A DNA stretch of 64,000 bases from Octopus sinensis (GCF_006345805.1 NW_021832537.1:1-64000); one strand, 5' to 3'; positions 11,146 through 24,900 are shown, counted from the first letter of the stretch. Notes: a model not told the origin generated them from the letters alone. Translations and numbers: made by a program.

Positions 11146-13658
11146 GCTTCACGAGTACAGAGGCGTTATCCGGCCTTTTCTGCCTGGCTGGGCTAAACAA
11201 AGCCCCAGCCAACGCATAAAGTCAAAAAATCCGGTCAAAGTAGCAACGCAGACTCAGAAGCCCAAGACATTTTGCGCCTGCGGAACAGGATCAACACTAA
11301 ACTGATGGAGGGAAATGTTGCCAGCGCTGTCCGTGTTTTATCATCTGATGACTCAGTTCTTTCCATTACACCAAGTGTCCTCGCTGAGCTTAATGCAAAA
11401 CATCCGAGTCCCCCCGCGGACCTTCGCTCTACTACTCTAAACTCCGATTACCCCGCAACCTATACCCCCAAAGAAGATGTTCTAGATGCTATTAATTCCA
11501 TCGCAACCGGCAGCTGCGGGGGCATCGACGGACTACGCCCAGGGCATGTGAAAGATCTACTCTCAAGCCACACCTGCGAGGCCGGCGCTCGGCTCCTCGT
11601 CTCCATAACTGCTCTGACAAACATGATCATCCAGGCACAAATCCCCGAGTACGCTCGGGACCTCCTATTTTCTGCAAACATCACCGCATTGAGGAAGAAG
11701 GAAGGCGGGATCCGCCCTATTGCTGTTGGTACATTTTTTCGCCGTCTAGCTTCCAAAGTAGCCTGTAGACAAGTTACCAAGTCTTTGGGTCAGGAACTAC
11801 GCCCGTTTCAGTTGGGCGTCGGTGTCCGCGGCGGCTGTGAAGCTGCTGTCCATGCTGCAAGAAAGTTTATTTCCGCCTCGACCGAAAGGCCGGATAACGC
11901 CTCTGTACTCGTGAAGCTAGACTTGACAAATGCCTCCAACAGTCTTTGTCGGGACTGTATTCTCGAAACTTGCTACCGCCGTGCTCCCTCAATTGCCCGC
12001 TTGGTATCTATGGCTTACTCCAAGCCAAGCCTTCTTATTGCCGATGACCAAATCCTACATTCCAGCAACGATGTTCAACAGGGCGACCCACTTGGCCCGT
12101 TGCTTTTTGCCCTGACGATCGATCCTGTGTTCGGAACATCTCATCTCGTTTCAATGTATGGTACCTGGACGACGCTACTATCGGAGGTCCGGTAGCTTCT
12201 GTCCTTAAAGATTTGGAAAATCTGATCCCCTCCCTTAATTCTCTTGGCCTATCCATCAATCCGCTCAAATCCGAAATTGCCAATATTGGCTTTGCCCCAG
12301 AAGATTTTACCTCTGTATTTAATACGTTCTCGAATGTCCTTCCAAATATCCGCAGGACCTTGATCGAAAATTTGAAAATCTTAGGGTCCCCTATATCTAA
12401 TCTGGGTGTTGAATCATCCCTATATGCTAAAACATCCTCGCTGGTGGCAATTTCTAACAAACTAGCAAAAATCGATTCCCATTCCGGCCTGTTTTTCCTA
12501 CGCAACTGTTTTGCAATTCCAAAGCTTCTATTTATCCTCAGAAGTGCCCCATGTTTCTTTGACCTGAGGGCTCTCGAATCATTTGATTGGAGTCCATTTG
12601 CAATATTACCCTCGATGAGATCGGTTGGCAACAGGCCACACTTCCTATAAGCCATGGCGGTATTGGTATCCGATCATCTGTCGACCTTTCTATCCCGGCG
12701 TACTTATCTTCAGTTAATGCGACCAACGATCTGGTCCAGGAGATTCTCCAATCCGTAACCGAATCATCTATGGACACAGAATCAGTCGCCGCAGAAAGTT
12801 GCTGGCAAGGGATGTCTCTGGAAATCCCGGAGAATACACACGCTCAAGGCCAATGGGACCGGATCCTCTGCGACCACAAGATAAACAGCCTCAAGCCGAA
12901 ACTCAATCAACATCGCTTGGCTTGCTTATTGGCCGCCTCGCAACCATATTCTGGTGCATGGCTTACAGCAATCCCTATGGCGTCAATCGGCACCTTAATG
13001 GACAACGACTGTGTAAGGATTTCCGTCTCTCTCCGCCTCGGACTTCCCATTTGCAAAACACACCAGTGCCGCTGCGGTTTAAGAGTGGACTCATTTGGCC
13101 ATCATCCCCTCTCCTGCTCACGTAGTGCCGGACGTTTCCCACGACACGCCGCCATCAACGACACCGTGAGCCGTGCCCTAACGACGGCGGGGTTTCCTAA
13201 TGAGCTCGAACCAGTCGGGCTCGACAGAGGCGACGGTAAGCGCCCGGATGGCATGACAATCTTCCCGTTTGAAAAAGGGAAATGCCTTATCTGGGACGCC
13301 ACCTGCTCCGACACTTTCTCCGCCAAGAATCTAATTGCCTCCGCTGCGGAACCGGGCTCAGTTGCAAAGCAGGCGGAACTAACAAAACAGAAGAAGTACC
13401 GGGTCCTGGCAAAGAATCACCAATTCACTGCAGTCGCGGTGGAAACCTCTGGAGTCATCGGTCCGCAGACGCTATCGTTTCTCCGCCGCCTTGGATCTAA
13501 GCTCGTGGTTGCCACAAAAGATCCCAACGAGTCGATCAGACTCTTTCAAAGGATCTCATTGGCCATCATGCGCGGGAATTGCCAGTCGATTCGCTGCGCA
13601 TTTTAACTCTTTTCGTTTATTAACAATAAGTTTGTCAATTTAAAAAAAAAAAAAAAAA
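11146..13658 (+). mobile_element. 5'-truncated CRE-like non-LTR retrotransposon (RT + RLE) with poly(A) and TSD
   Basis: RT motifs GIRPIAVG, QQGDPLGPLLF and WYLDD; CCHC zinc finger and DGKRPDG..WDATC endonuclease. Poly(A) at 13642-13658. AATTAAACAAA is duplicated at 11135-11145 and 13657-13667. Two frameshifts (~12135, ~12585). Confidence 0.92.
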
Positions 13659-13703
13659 TTAAACAAAAATTTGAATGGCGTTATATCGGATAAGGCACAT
13701 AAT

Positions 13704-13814
13704 TTGGCGTGGCAATAACTGAGTGGCGGGGTTTGCCATTATTAAGAGGAATTCAAAGAAGAACCAAAAAATGACGTGCAATATGCGGGGTGGCATTATA
13801 AGGGGATGACTTTA
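13704..13814 (-). mobile_element. terminal remnant of a pogo-like transposon at the duplication edge
   Basis: Minus strand reads TA+AAGTCATCCCCTTATAATGCCACCCCGC. A related motif lies beside the pogo DDE fragment at 38581-38620, and there is a second copy at 41430-41540. Confidence 0.55.
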
Positions 13815-14011
13815 TAGAGGGTCGTCACCGCCTCAACCCAAAGGCCGTCACGACCCCAACTTATCTACAGAACTGGTTTATTTGAATTTATAATTTCTAA
13901 TCGAAATTTTCATTTCCTTTAATTTACATTTCCTGAAATATAATTACATTGCAAAAATGATTATAAACTTGGCTACATTTCAAAATTTATTTATTTATTT
14001 CAGAAACAAAA

Positions 14012-16779
14012 TTAATAAATTGTTTTTAGTGTTGGCAAAAAAATAATTTTATTCCATTCCACTCTATAGTTTAAAATCCAAAAAATCCAAAAAAATGCTA
14101 ATGAATATATGTTAATAACTTGATAGTATGCAACATCAAATGTATATTTCATTACGAGGGTTGGGTAAATGTTCAAATTGCAACCTTTTTTTATCATTAA
14201 TGAAACTGATGCCGCACACTAAATTAAAATTATCATAAAAAATACATGAATATGTGAAAGGATCGCTAGAATGCAATAATACTTAAACAGCTTTTCATAA
14301 ACTGTTTCATCTACGTTATCCGATGGCGTTATATTGAATGGTAACAAAACACTTTTAAAAATACAAAATGACGACATTTGAATGAAGTTTAAAAGAGCTA
14401 TTAAAATTATAATAGTAAAAATTTAAACCTGCCAGTGTGTAATAATCTCCACGCAATAGGAAAGCCGAGGCGCTCCAATGTATTTCAGTAAGTGAATGGT
14501 TGTTTCCAATCAAATAATGGAACATCATGTTTAGAAAATACCAAAATGATAAATAAAAAAAGTCGTTGTTTAACTCGTGAAAAGTATTGTGAGTAGTACA
14601 ATCCCGAGGTTTGTTGGTTATATGAGAAAAATAAACATATAGTATCAGAAAGTAAATTATAAATGCCAGCAAATGTAATATATTGTTAGAATATATACAC
14701 AAAATTACTATAATAAAAGCAAAAGATTTGTAGTAGGAACTTTTCTCTTGATTGAATAATTTATTTGGTGTGATATAAGAATAAATAAAAACCAAAGCGG
14801 CCGATAATGTTGAAAAATAAAATAAAAATGAAAAGAAACGTTGTCTTATAAAGCTCAGTTGAAGATATTCTTTAAAATAATACAAGTAAGTGGCAAAAAA
14901 AATAATCATGAAACAAACTGAAGATGAAAAAAGAAATTTTAATAGTTTGTTAGATGTCTCTAACGTTATGATAAAGTAATATCCAATTGATAAAAAAATT
15001 AGCATTGTTGTATATACTATAATTGTTTGATTTGTGTTCAATACGGAAAGTTCCCTTGAGAAAAGATTACCATTAACTGACCACGTGGTAAATCGATAAA
15101 AAGCAGCGAAAAGTGTAGAAAATAATATAGTCGTGAGCGAAAACATTAGGAAATACAAATTATTTAAATTTGTATTAAACAAGACGACTAAGATGAGTGA
15201 AATTATAGCCAAACACATTGAGCTAAAAGCGTTAATTTCGACAAAAAATAGGAAAACAAATATTAAACATCCCCATATAATTGATACAATTAAACCGAGA
15301 TTAATTTTGAATTGCTTAATAACGGAAATAGTGAGCAGTACGAATATGCAAATGCTTGATGGAACAAAAAAAGACGAAGGAAGATAAGATTGGAAATAAA
15401 CTAAAATACCGATTAATAGACATCGAAGCGTAGAAGGGACAAATTTGTTATCGGTAATACAAATTATCGGATAAATAAGATATAATGAATAAATAAAGCA
15501 TTGAATTGCTATTTGAGTATCACAAATTCTCCATTTCTTGTAAATTGATTTCTTGGTTTCATTCATAAAACGATAATATAAATTGGATGCTTCTGAATAA
15601 TTTTTTGATAAATATTGAAATTCTGCTTCTTTTATATACTTTGCTATTATTTCTTTTGCCTGCAGAGACTCATAAAATGTCAAAATTTGTAAAGCATTAT
15701 TTCTGATAATATCAATATTCTAAAATATATGTTGATCGTATAAAGACACTACTTTTCCTGGGTTTGTAAGTTCATTAATTACCGAACCAAGATTCTGAAA
15801 AGGGATTGGAACACCAAGTAAAGCTGCCAATGTTGGAGTAAAACTATCCTGCTCAATTTGATTTAATTCAGTCTACGATTATTTAATACATAATAATCTT
15901 ACTGTTGAATAGTGATTTGCAGAAAGATTTTTTTTACTGTAAACAAATAAAGCAGTTTTTTCTTCTCCTTCCCCATCTCCGTGAGATCCATTAGGAACTG
16001 ATCCATGATCGCCAAATACAAATAAAATTGTCTCATTGTCAATAACGGATTTAATTTTGCTACAAATAAATAGAAAAAGTATTATACCCAATAACTTTAT
16101 TATAAAACTGAAGACGGTCTCTTATCGAAGGATGATTTAGACCTACGAGGTGATAAAGGTGGTCCATTCCAAGGAAATGAGCAACATAGACGTCACCTTC
16201 ATTATTTTCGATCATGGTGGGTAAATTGTCGTCAATGAGATTGTCGATAGTATAAATATCATCAAGATCGTTGTCGTTAGTGTGCGTTTTTACAGAGAAA
16301 TGATTATTATACATATTTACAAGAGATACACCTCCGACATAGACAATTTTTTTGTGATTAATATTTAGTTGGTTGAATATGTTATCTTCTACAAAACCGT
16401 AGTCCATCCAACTATGCCAAAATCCTGTAAAAATTGAATACAAACGATTAATAGTCATCGATGGAAACGGAGCCTCAAATGAATATAGACGTGTATTATA
16501 TGGTTCATTTATTTGCATTTTATATAGATTTGTAAGCTGATTAAGATATGTTGCTTCCCTAGAACTGTTTGTTACTACAGAGTCGAGACGTAGTCCATCA
16601 ATTATTATAATCACTGCTTTTGAAAATTTGCCCTTAAGATCCGATTTTTTGCTTATTCCATACAAGTTCCCTCTTCTTTGAGTATTTACAGTCTGGCAGT
16701 GAATTATATTCAGATAGTTTATATAAATAAAGAATGATAGCAATATCCACCTTATTAGAATATTAATAACACTCTCCAT
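14012..16779 (-). CDS. PIGO: GPI ethanolamine-phosphate transferase (PIG-O/PIG-G family), copy 1
   Basis: IIIDGLRLD, HFLGMDH, FGDHG..G.HG and TPTLAALLGVPIPFQNLG, then a long polytopic TM region. Frames are joined by 27-31-nt introns. PIG-O versus PIG-G is not firmly resolved. Confidence 0.82.
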
Positions 16780-17084
16780 TCGAGTTTAAATGGGCATAGC
16801 GGGAAAATTGTATATTTAAACCGCAGTTCACGAACGAGCTTAAAATTCCCTTAAATTTTCCAATTCTCAGATTTGCCAATTTCTAAGAAAATTTTTTTTA
16901 ATTTATTAGAAATTTTCTGATTTCCGAATTTGTCAATGTTTTTTCAAAGTTTTAAAAAAATGACTAAAAATTTGCATTTGAGATCCTTTTAATTTTGACT
17001 TTACATATTTCCGACAAAAGAACAAGTAAACACATTGTTATTTTTTTTGAAATATTTGCTGTTGAGGTTGTTTCCACAATGGGT

Positions 17085-17700
17085 CCTATCAGTTCTAACA
17101 TCGAGGGGAATTCAGCGGCGTTAAGCACGCGCTTCACAACGTCGTTCAATGAAGCGTGCCTGGGGATCCTGCCGGCACTGAGGCGACAAGAGAGAGGGTG
17201 TAAACCTCTCCTGTGACGAGATCGGTAACGCATTCAGCCAATCGCCCGAATGCGGTTGACAGACACAATTAATGCTTGCCAACTGAAACTGATCGGCGTG
17301 TGACCGGATATCTTCAATTATGTGAGAACAATATATGTTGTCCCAGTGCTTTTGAGCCGACGGAATGTTCGGAACTTTAAGCCCCCGAGGAACCCACACG
17401 TTGACACCAGCCGCATATTCCACCAACTCGCACTGTTCAGAAGAGAGAAAAAGAACAGAGTTGACGAAATTAGTAGAAGCGGACAACGATGATAGGTAAC
17501 ACGGAAGGGATAAGTCACGGCAAGAGGAAATACCGATGCCCCCATAACGGATGGGCAAATTAGCACGCACCATATCATCAGATTTGAGTTTTATGTTTAC
17601 CAGTAGCCCAAGGACTTTGGAAACCAGATTATCCAGGCGAGATAAGTATTCTTGTTCTCGGAAGCACGACGTAGAGCGCATGAGAAAAGTAAGTTTCGGA
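17085..17700 (-). mobile_element. CRE-like non-LTR internal fragment
   Basis: [22 protein letters not shown] and [24 protein letters not shown]. Confidence 0.85.
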
Positions 17701-18193
17701 ATAAAGAGATAGTTCTTGAGTAGAAAAAGCCCCAGGTGTGATTAGAGTTTACAGATACGCGAAATGAGGATTTCTATCTCCTCTTCCTTGTTAGCCAGAG
17801 CCTTCTTAGTGCCCTTTCAACAAGCATTTAGGTAAATTCTAATTAAATCGGTTCTAAGAATAACCCAGTATATCCTTGAGCCATAATGCTGTTCGCGTTC
17901 AAATAAAGAATAAAAATAAACAAATTTCGAGTAACACGGACATAGCAAGTTGGGATTTCTGGAATGATTTTTGTTTTGATTAGTCGCAGGATTGTTGCAC
18001 ACAATCCCATACAACAGGGATTATCGTGTCTTTTAAGTTTTATTTCGCACAAGTCAATTTAAAAGTGACTTTTCAGTCAGCGCCCCTGCTTATAGTTTAA
18101 TTCACCTCCACACATTATGTACGGCGTATCCACAATATTATGTTATTTGCTCAATAGATCGACAGAATGTATTAGACCGACATGTATTAGTAA

Positions 18194-19402
18194 CTATGAA
18201 ACAGTTTTGTTAAGCCTCGGATTGGTCAATTTATTAGCTCTGGACTTGATGTCAGCATTGGCCATGTTCGCACTGTTCTGAGCCAGTTTGCACACGTACG
18301 ACTTGTCCAAAATAAATTTCTAAAGTTGCAAATAATCTCAACTTGGATGAAACTCAACTTTTCGGCGTAGCCCTCCAATTTGGTAACCGCGGAGTCTTCA
18401 GTGAAGGCGGCACAGTTGTCAGCCAGGGAGTTGATGATCATGAAAATTTTACTGACGAGGACTTGACGGTCCCGTTCGATCGAATTTCTTCGAGAAAACT
18501 TTTGGATAAAGTCGTCGTTGACCGCCTTCTGAACGTAGTACTCGTTTTGCATGGCGTTGATTTGGCTGAGAATGGAGATTTTGATGTTCTCGTGCGATTT
18601 CCGCATTTCGTCGAGCATACATTTTTCCCGCTCGAGCTTGGAGTGGGGAAGAGGGCCTACCTTGTTCCCTATTTCCACACTGTGCTCGAACAAGTACTCG
18701 TTCGTGTCCTTGAGGGTGTTGAAGCGCGTTATGATGGAGGCAATGTCCTTCTCCCCCTCCAGGAAGAACTCTACGACTCAGTCGGGTCACCAGCCTGCAG
18801 GCATGATGTCCATCGTCTCGTTTATGAAATCCCTGTACGCCTCGTTCGCCGCAATGTCCTTTTTGAGTGACACTTGTCTGCGTTCTTCCATTTTGTGCAG
18901 GACTTTGACCGCCTCGAATTCTCGTTTTTTGTTTTCCGACAGGACGAGTTCTCTTTTATACTTTTGTATTGCTCGTTGTCTCTTGGATTCGTTTTCGTCG
19001 ATGTATTTCTGGAACCGCTCCCGCTTTTCGACCAACTTTGTGTGTGATCACGCGCCCTCACCTCATTCTTTGATTTGTTGAGTCTTTGTCTCCTCTTCTT
19101 GAACTCCTCCATTTTCTCGTTGAATTCATCCTTCTTTTTCGACAAATTGAGGTCGGCCTCCTCATTCTCGACCTACCAAGACATTCCTCTCCGGCATCAC
19201 CTCTTTTTTCAGCAAAGCAGTGTCAGTGAACGTTTTCAGTGCTTCCTTACTCGCATATTTCTTGGCCTTCTCGATTATTTTGTCTATTTTTATGTTTGTG
19301 CTGTCCCTGACAATTCACATTTCACGTCTACAGCTGGGGCTGAGTCAGGAAAAATTTAGTCGCCTCATTTTCGTCATCCGAATTGGGCAGGGCGGCCGAC
19401 AT
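18194..19402 (-). CDS. CCDC42: DUF4200 coiled-coil ciliary protein (CCDC42/CFAP73-like)
   Basis: Spliced ORF MSAALPNSDDENEATKFFLTQ...LLKKE|VENEEAD..KKDEFNEKME..|LVEKRERFQKYIDENESKRQRA, with 24-28-nt introns. Confidence 0.7.
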
Positions 19403-19613
19403 GACAAATGTATTATTTGGGCATGGCAACACAAATTTATTGTGCTCGACATTGCAAATCAACGCCGCCATTAAACATTATTTGCCGTCTTCTTCTTTCT
19501 GAGATGAGTATTCATTCCTCTCACATCCAACGAGGACGGCCATTAGGACGGGACATGAATTTGTGTTTAACTATAATTTGGGATATTTTATATTAAAGAG
19601 GAATAAATAAAAC

Positions 19614-20675
19614 ATGCAGCCAGTGGACAGTGGCACCCGCAGGAAGGCCTATGAATTCCTCGAAGCCATGTCTCAGAAAGCAGGCCTGCCAAATAATGCC
19701 GGGGAAGCCGAAGAGGCAATATTTCGCAGGAGTAGCAGTCGGTGTCTTTAGATTTGGTGACAATAATAGGGAGACATACGAAATGGAGTTCAATTTCCAG
19801 AAATTCATTCTTTCGAGAGACCTCCGTTCCCTCAAAAACTCCCAAACCACCAAAATAGCCGACAAAATGGGTATTCGTGCATGTCCAGCCTAAAGAGGCG
19901 CAGACGGTCTACTCGACGATCCAGTCCATCTTAGAAGCCCCCATCGAGCGGCTGACCGACATTTCTGTGTGTTGGAGGCGTCTCCGCTCATTCGCGTCGG
20001 CCATCTCCGCCCTCTTCAGAATATTAGTCGCAGTTCTCGTTCTGCTTATCCTTGCAGAATTCCGGGAGCACTGACCACATGTCGAGACTCCAACAACTGC
20101 TGCTGACATTGGAGTCGGTGACTTGTCCCGTCGCCTACGAAGTGTTGTTGAAATGGGAGAACTTTGTTGTCACTCTCATTCGCTCCCACGACTCACAGAT
20201 TATCCACATGCTCCGACAGGAGTGGCCCGATTTGGTCGGTTCTACGCCTCCCCCGAAAGAAGTCGAGGACACTCCCTCACACGATATTCTCAAGGATCTA
20301 CAAAAACTAGCATTCGGAGATTCCACGAAAATGTTTTTCTACGGTTTCCGTGACACGAATTCGGGGACTGGAGAGAAATGTGCTACTCCTCCCGAGGATG
20401 GGGGTAGTAATTCAGCCATGGAAAAGGAGATTCGGTTGTTGTCGTCCAGCTGGGAGTGCAAGCTGATTTCCCTTCCCCCGTCTGGTGCCTACATTCTCAG
20501 ATGCTCTTCGTTGGAAATACTGGCGCCGTCTGTGGATGTCGTCGTCGGGTGTGGGTACCCTTCTGAGCCAGCCTTCTTGGCGGATGTCTCCATACCATCA
20601 TCGTGTCTGGATACGACCACTTGTTCGATCACTCAGTGTCTTTGTAATTACCTCGATTCACTCAAGACTTTGTGA
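19614..20675 (+). CDS. MED15: Mediator subunit 15, miniaturised
   Basis: N-terminal KIX-like TRRKAYEFLEAMSQKAG..EAEEAIFRRSSSRETY. C-terminal EKEIRLL..YILRC..PSVDVVVGCGYPSEP..SITQCL resembles the MED15 C-terminal domain. Introns of 28, 25 and 31 nt restore one frame. Confidence 0.65.
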
Positions 20676-20987
20676 TTGGTCTATTAATGGCTTAGTTGTT
20701 CAATGCGGCATTCTGTCCAGTTGTAATGAGTGGATTACCCTCATTCTTTCAAGTCAATATATAGTGGAAAGGATACTGTTAAAATTCATGATTATTCGAT
20801 GGAAATAAGGAGAATAAATTAGTGGAAGAACAAGGCGGTCTAGTCGAACAATGATAATCTAATTAACTGTTATTGGTGGCAAGTAAATCTATTAATACAG
20901 ACAATTGCACTTGTTAGTCGGAATAGGAATCAGCGTCACCTGTCGTTTATAAGCCAGCATCGTGGAAATGGAAGAGATAAATCGGAA

Positions 20988-21774
20988 ATGTACATTCCTG
21001 ATGTGTGTCGAGGGTGCGGGGAATTCATTCACGAAAAGTACAAAATGCAAGTAAACGACGAGTTCTGGCACGGGGACTGTCTGAAATGCATGGCCTGTTC
21101 GTGTCCCTTGGAGAGCGCAGGGAAATGCTACGTGATCAACCAAAACATATATTGCTGGGAGGACTACTACAGGTGAGGAGTCTCACACATCTAAGAATAA
21201 GTAAATTCGAGACACAGCAGTGCTTAAAGTGCCACCGCAACTTGCAGGCAGGGGACTGGGTTCGCAGAGCGGAAAACAATTTATACCACTTGGCTTGTTT
21301 CTCGTGCGACATGTGTCAGCGGCAGTTGTCGACTGGGGAGGAGTATTACCTTCTCCACAACAAAGTGTTATGCAAGAGTGACTACATTGATGAACAGGAC
21401 TCCCACCACTGCGGTTGACTCACACTCTCTACTTTTAGTTGCCAAAAACCGTCACAAGAGAATCAGGACGACGTTCTCCGACCAGCAAATACAGATGCTC
21501 CAACAATACTTTGAAATCGACCAGAACCCCGACAGCCAAGAACTGGAGAGGATTTCTCAGGAAGTGAAGCTACCCAAAAGAGTTTCACAGGTTTGCAAGT
21601 TTACAATTCCCTCAGGTTTGGTTTCAAAATTCACGAGCCCGGCATAAGAAGACGAAACTGTCCGATCAGTCTGGAATCAAAAAAAGTAGTGTTTTTGGAG
21701 ACTGTTCGTTTTCCTCGTCAGATACATGTCGCAAAGATACATTTTACAGTGACTTGTGTAGTGCACATTTGTAG
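20988..21774 (+). CDS. Awh: LIM-homeobox transcription factor, Arrowhead/Lhx6-8 class
   Basis: Two LIM domains (DWVRRA..YHLACFSCDMCQRQLSTGEE) and the homeodomain KRIRTTFSDQQIQMLQQYFEIDQNPDSQELERI..KRVSQ|VWFQNSRARHKK. Three introns of 23-29 nt. Confidence 0.9.
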
Positions 21775-21947
21775 GCTTTTCGTCGGATGACAATCAGTTC
21801 TAATCAGCTGAATAGTATTAATATATTAACATGTATGAAATGTTGGAGGGAGTTCAGGTGTGAATACCTAGGTCAAGTGTTATATGTCTGCGATTAATTA
21901 GTTTTGTTGTGTTTAAAGTGAAATAATAATGAAACCAAATACAACAT

Positions 21948-24900
21948 TCAGTCACTATCGCAATCGTTGTCAGCATAGCAGGTGAGGTCGACAGTGAGAA
22001 ATCGACTGGACATGCAGGCGTCCACTGTCTGACCATCAACACAACAGAGCACCTGCGGGTATATCCCTATCAACGAGTCGGCACGACTGTAGAACTCTTC
22101 CTTGAGAGAAATGACAATACACTGAAAGTGATCCGCCGACTGTCTGCGAATATAATTGGCAACCTGGGCTAAGTGCAACACCCCACCCTGCCAATATTTG
22201 TGTTGTCCAATGCAGAGTCGATCTCGTCCAACACAAAGAAAGGAGCCGGCTTATAACTGTGCATTGCAAACAGGAGAGCCAAGGCTGCCACAGTCTTCTC
22301 TCCCCCAGACATGTTGTCCATTGCTCGGTAGCGCTTTCCGGGGGCCACGCAGTTGTAGTTTATTCCCTCCAAATATGGCTCCTCCTGATTCTCTGCCCCC
22401 AACACAGCCTGGGCCGTCTGATTGCCCGCCAACTCCTGAGGAAATGACAAATTGTACTCACTTTATACACACTGTCGATGCATTTACTCACGTGTGTGAA
22501 AAAAGACTGAAACCTCTCCAATCGCGCATTCTTGACCCGTTCAAAGTCTTGCCGAGCTTTCTTTGTCCGTCGCCGAGCGTTCTCAAAGTCAGTCACCGTC
22601 TGGGCGAACCGTTCACACAGTCCTTCCAACCTAGAAATGAATGCACAAGACAACCGTTCTCCCCCACGCGAACTGGGATTGGACGACTGGTTCAACGTCT
22701 CCACCAACGCCAGGAACTCCCTTTCCAGATTATCGGCAGTCTTTTTGACTTGACTCAATTCGACAGTCCTGAGATCATCGGGGAGGGAAGAGTAGTCAAT
22801 GACGAGAGTTCCCTCCCTCTCATACATTGCTCGAGCTTCGGGGGTTACGAATGTGTCAGGAAAGTCCTCCCCCGACTGAGGCATCTCTGCAGTCACCGAG
22901 TCGACACTCCCACTGATCACTGGCAGGGAAATCCCCTCCAACTTGCACAGTTTGAGCAGGGAGTGGCGCTCGTATCGCTTATTCTCGAATTTGTTCTCCG
23001 CCGTGGCCACTGTCTTCTGCAACTCGGCCAAATCGTGATAATGTTGGGACATGCTCTCCTTCATTTCGCTCAATTCACTGTTCACACTCTCCATCTCCGT
23101 TGTCGTCCTCTTCCTTATTTCTTTGAGGCTCTCAATCTCTGCAGTGATGTCATCAATGGACTAAGACTGAATGGGACTGACAACTTGAGTCAATTCAGAC
23201 TCTTCAACAGCCAGTAGGCGACACTCCTCCTCATCCTCCACGATGATCTTACCCCATTTGTGTATATTATCTACGCGGTGACTGACCACGCAGACTCGTC
23301 GTGTCTCGGGACCTCTCATAGTCCAGTTGATTGAGTATTCGTGTCCGCTGGTTGTCAAAGTCGAGAGTCCGCGTTGCCCGATCCTTCTGAACGAGCAACT
23401 CGCCCTCCTCGAACTGCCTAAACATTACTCGCACACTCACACACCGAATGTTGGGAATATCACACTCCGCACAGAACGAGGAGAACACGGTGTCCTTTAT
23501 CGAGTTTATGGTGGCCTCCAAATCCGCCAACTTGTCTGCCCTCGTCTGTATTCGCCCCCTCAACTCCTCCATTTCGGGCTATGGAGTGACACCCACACAC
23601 TCACTCTCAGGTTGGACAGTTCTGTGGTCAGTGTGGCAATGTCCTCACTGATCTGCGGTATTTGGCGATTCTCCTGTCATCAGTCACCACACATACCGCG
23701 GTCTGTCTGTCGTTCCGAGTGTACTTCATCCGAGCCTCCAATCCCTGCAGTTGAGCCCGAACAGTGCACAGCTCAAACTCCTTCCGGTTTTCCCGAATTT
23801 GTTCTCTCAACTCTTCAGTCAGCCGTTCCTTGGTCACTTTGAGTTTATTCAAATCCTTGTCCTCCCACCGTCTGGCCTTCACACGCAGGTCACTACAAGT
23901 GGGTCTCCCCGACTACCTGGCACCTCCCGAGATGACCCCCGACGGCTGGAAGAGTGTCCCGTCCAACGAAACGGCCTTGTGGCGGACAGGGAGATCGAAG
24001 GCCACTCGTCTGGCATCCTCGACTGTCTCGCACACGAGGGAGTTGCCACACACAAAGAGGAGTGCCTTCTTGATGGTGGGCGGATTGTACCGAATCACGT
24101 CCACCACCAACTTGACATTGACGGCCACTCGGATATCTCTGCCCTCCTCGACACTCCAATACCTCAATCTCTCGTCGATGGCCACGGCTGTGATTGCCTC
24201 CAGGGGGATGAATGTTTCTGGCTCATATCGTCGTTCTTTTGCGTAGAGAATACACTCGCAGGCGGTCTTTTGGTTGTCGCAGACTATCGCCTCCATGTAA
24301 CTCCCCATCACTTTCGTCACGGCCACCTGGTATCGCCTGTGGGAGGGCTGACACAAGTCCAACAGACGCCCGTACTGCAAACTGGCACAGACATCACCAA
24401 CCACTCCCTTGTTCAGCTTTTTCAAGTTTTGCACCAATTCGGTCTTTTTCAACAACCGGGAGGACTCATTCCTGTCCATCTGAGGAGTCAGACAAGTGAT
24501 TACATTGGCTTCCCCCAACTGCCCCTCCACTGACTCTATTTCGGTGGTGAGGGCATTTATCCTCGTCTTGGCCTTCTCCACGTCCTCCCTCAGGTTGGTC
24601 TCCATTGTGCGGTATTCTTCCAGGAGAACTTGGTTGGTTCTACGATTAGGGAAAAGAGGGACCTCAGGTATTCGTCAAACTTGTCGATTCGACGCCTGGT
24701 CTCCTCCATCTCTTTGTTTTTCTGGTCAATCCTGAATTGAATGTCATTTTCTCGGCAAACGAGTCCGGCAAGTGAGCCCTCGTCCATTTTCTGATCACGA
24801 CTGACCGAATCGACCTGCTGGACTAAGTGGGTGGTCTCCCCCTCCACACGCATGCGTAGTCGACTGTACTCCTCCATCTGGACACACACACTCCCCCTAC

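Larger units (their letters stand above)
13704..17084 (+). repeat. segmental duplication copy 1 (direct repeat of 41430-45521)
   Basis: Colinear near-identity starting at TTGGCGTGGCAATAACTGAG and ending at CCACAATGGGT. The left-end offset is 27,726 bp. Confidence 0.95.

Noticed and set aside
16080-16110. Apparent frameshift or pseudogenisation of PIG-O-like copy 1 relative to copy 2
   Set aside because: The difference lies in an intron: 28 nt in copy 1 versus 27 nt (in-frame, stop-free) in copy 2. Both splice to the same frame.
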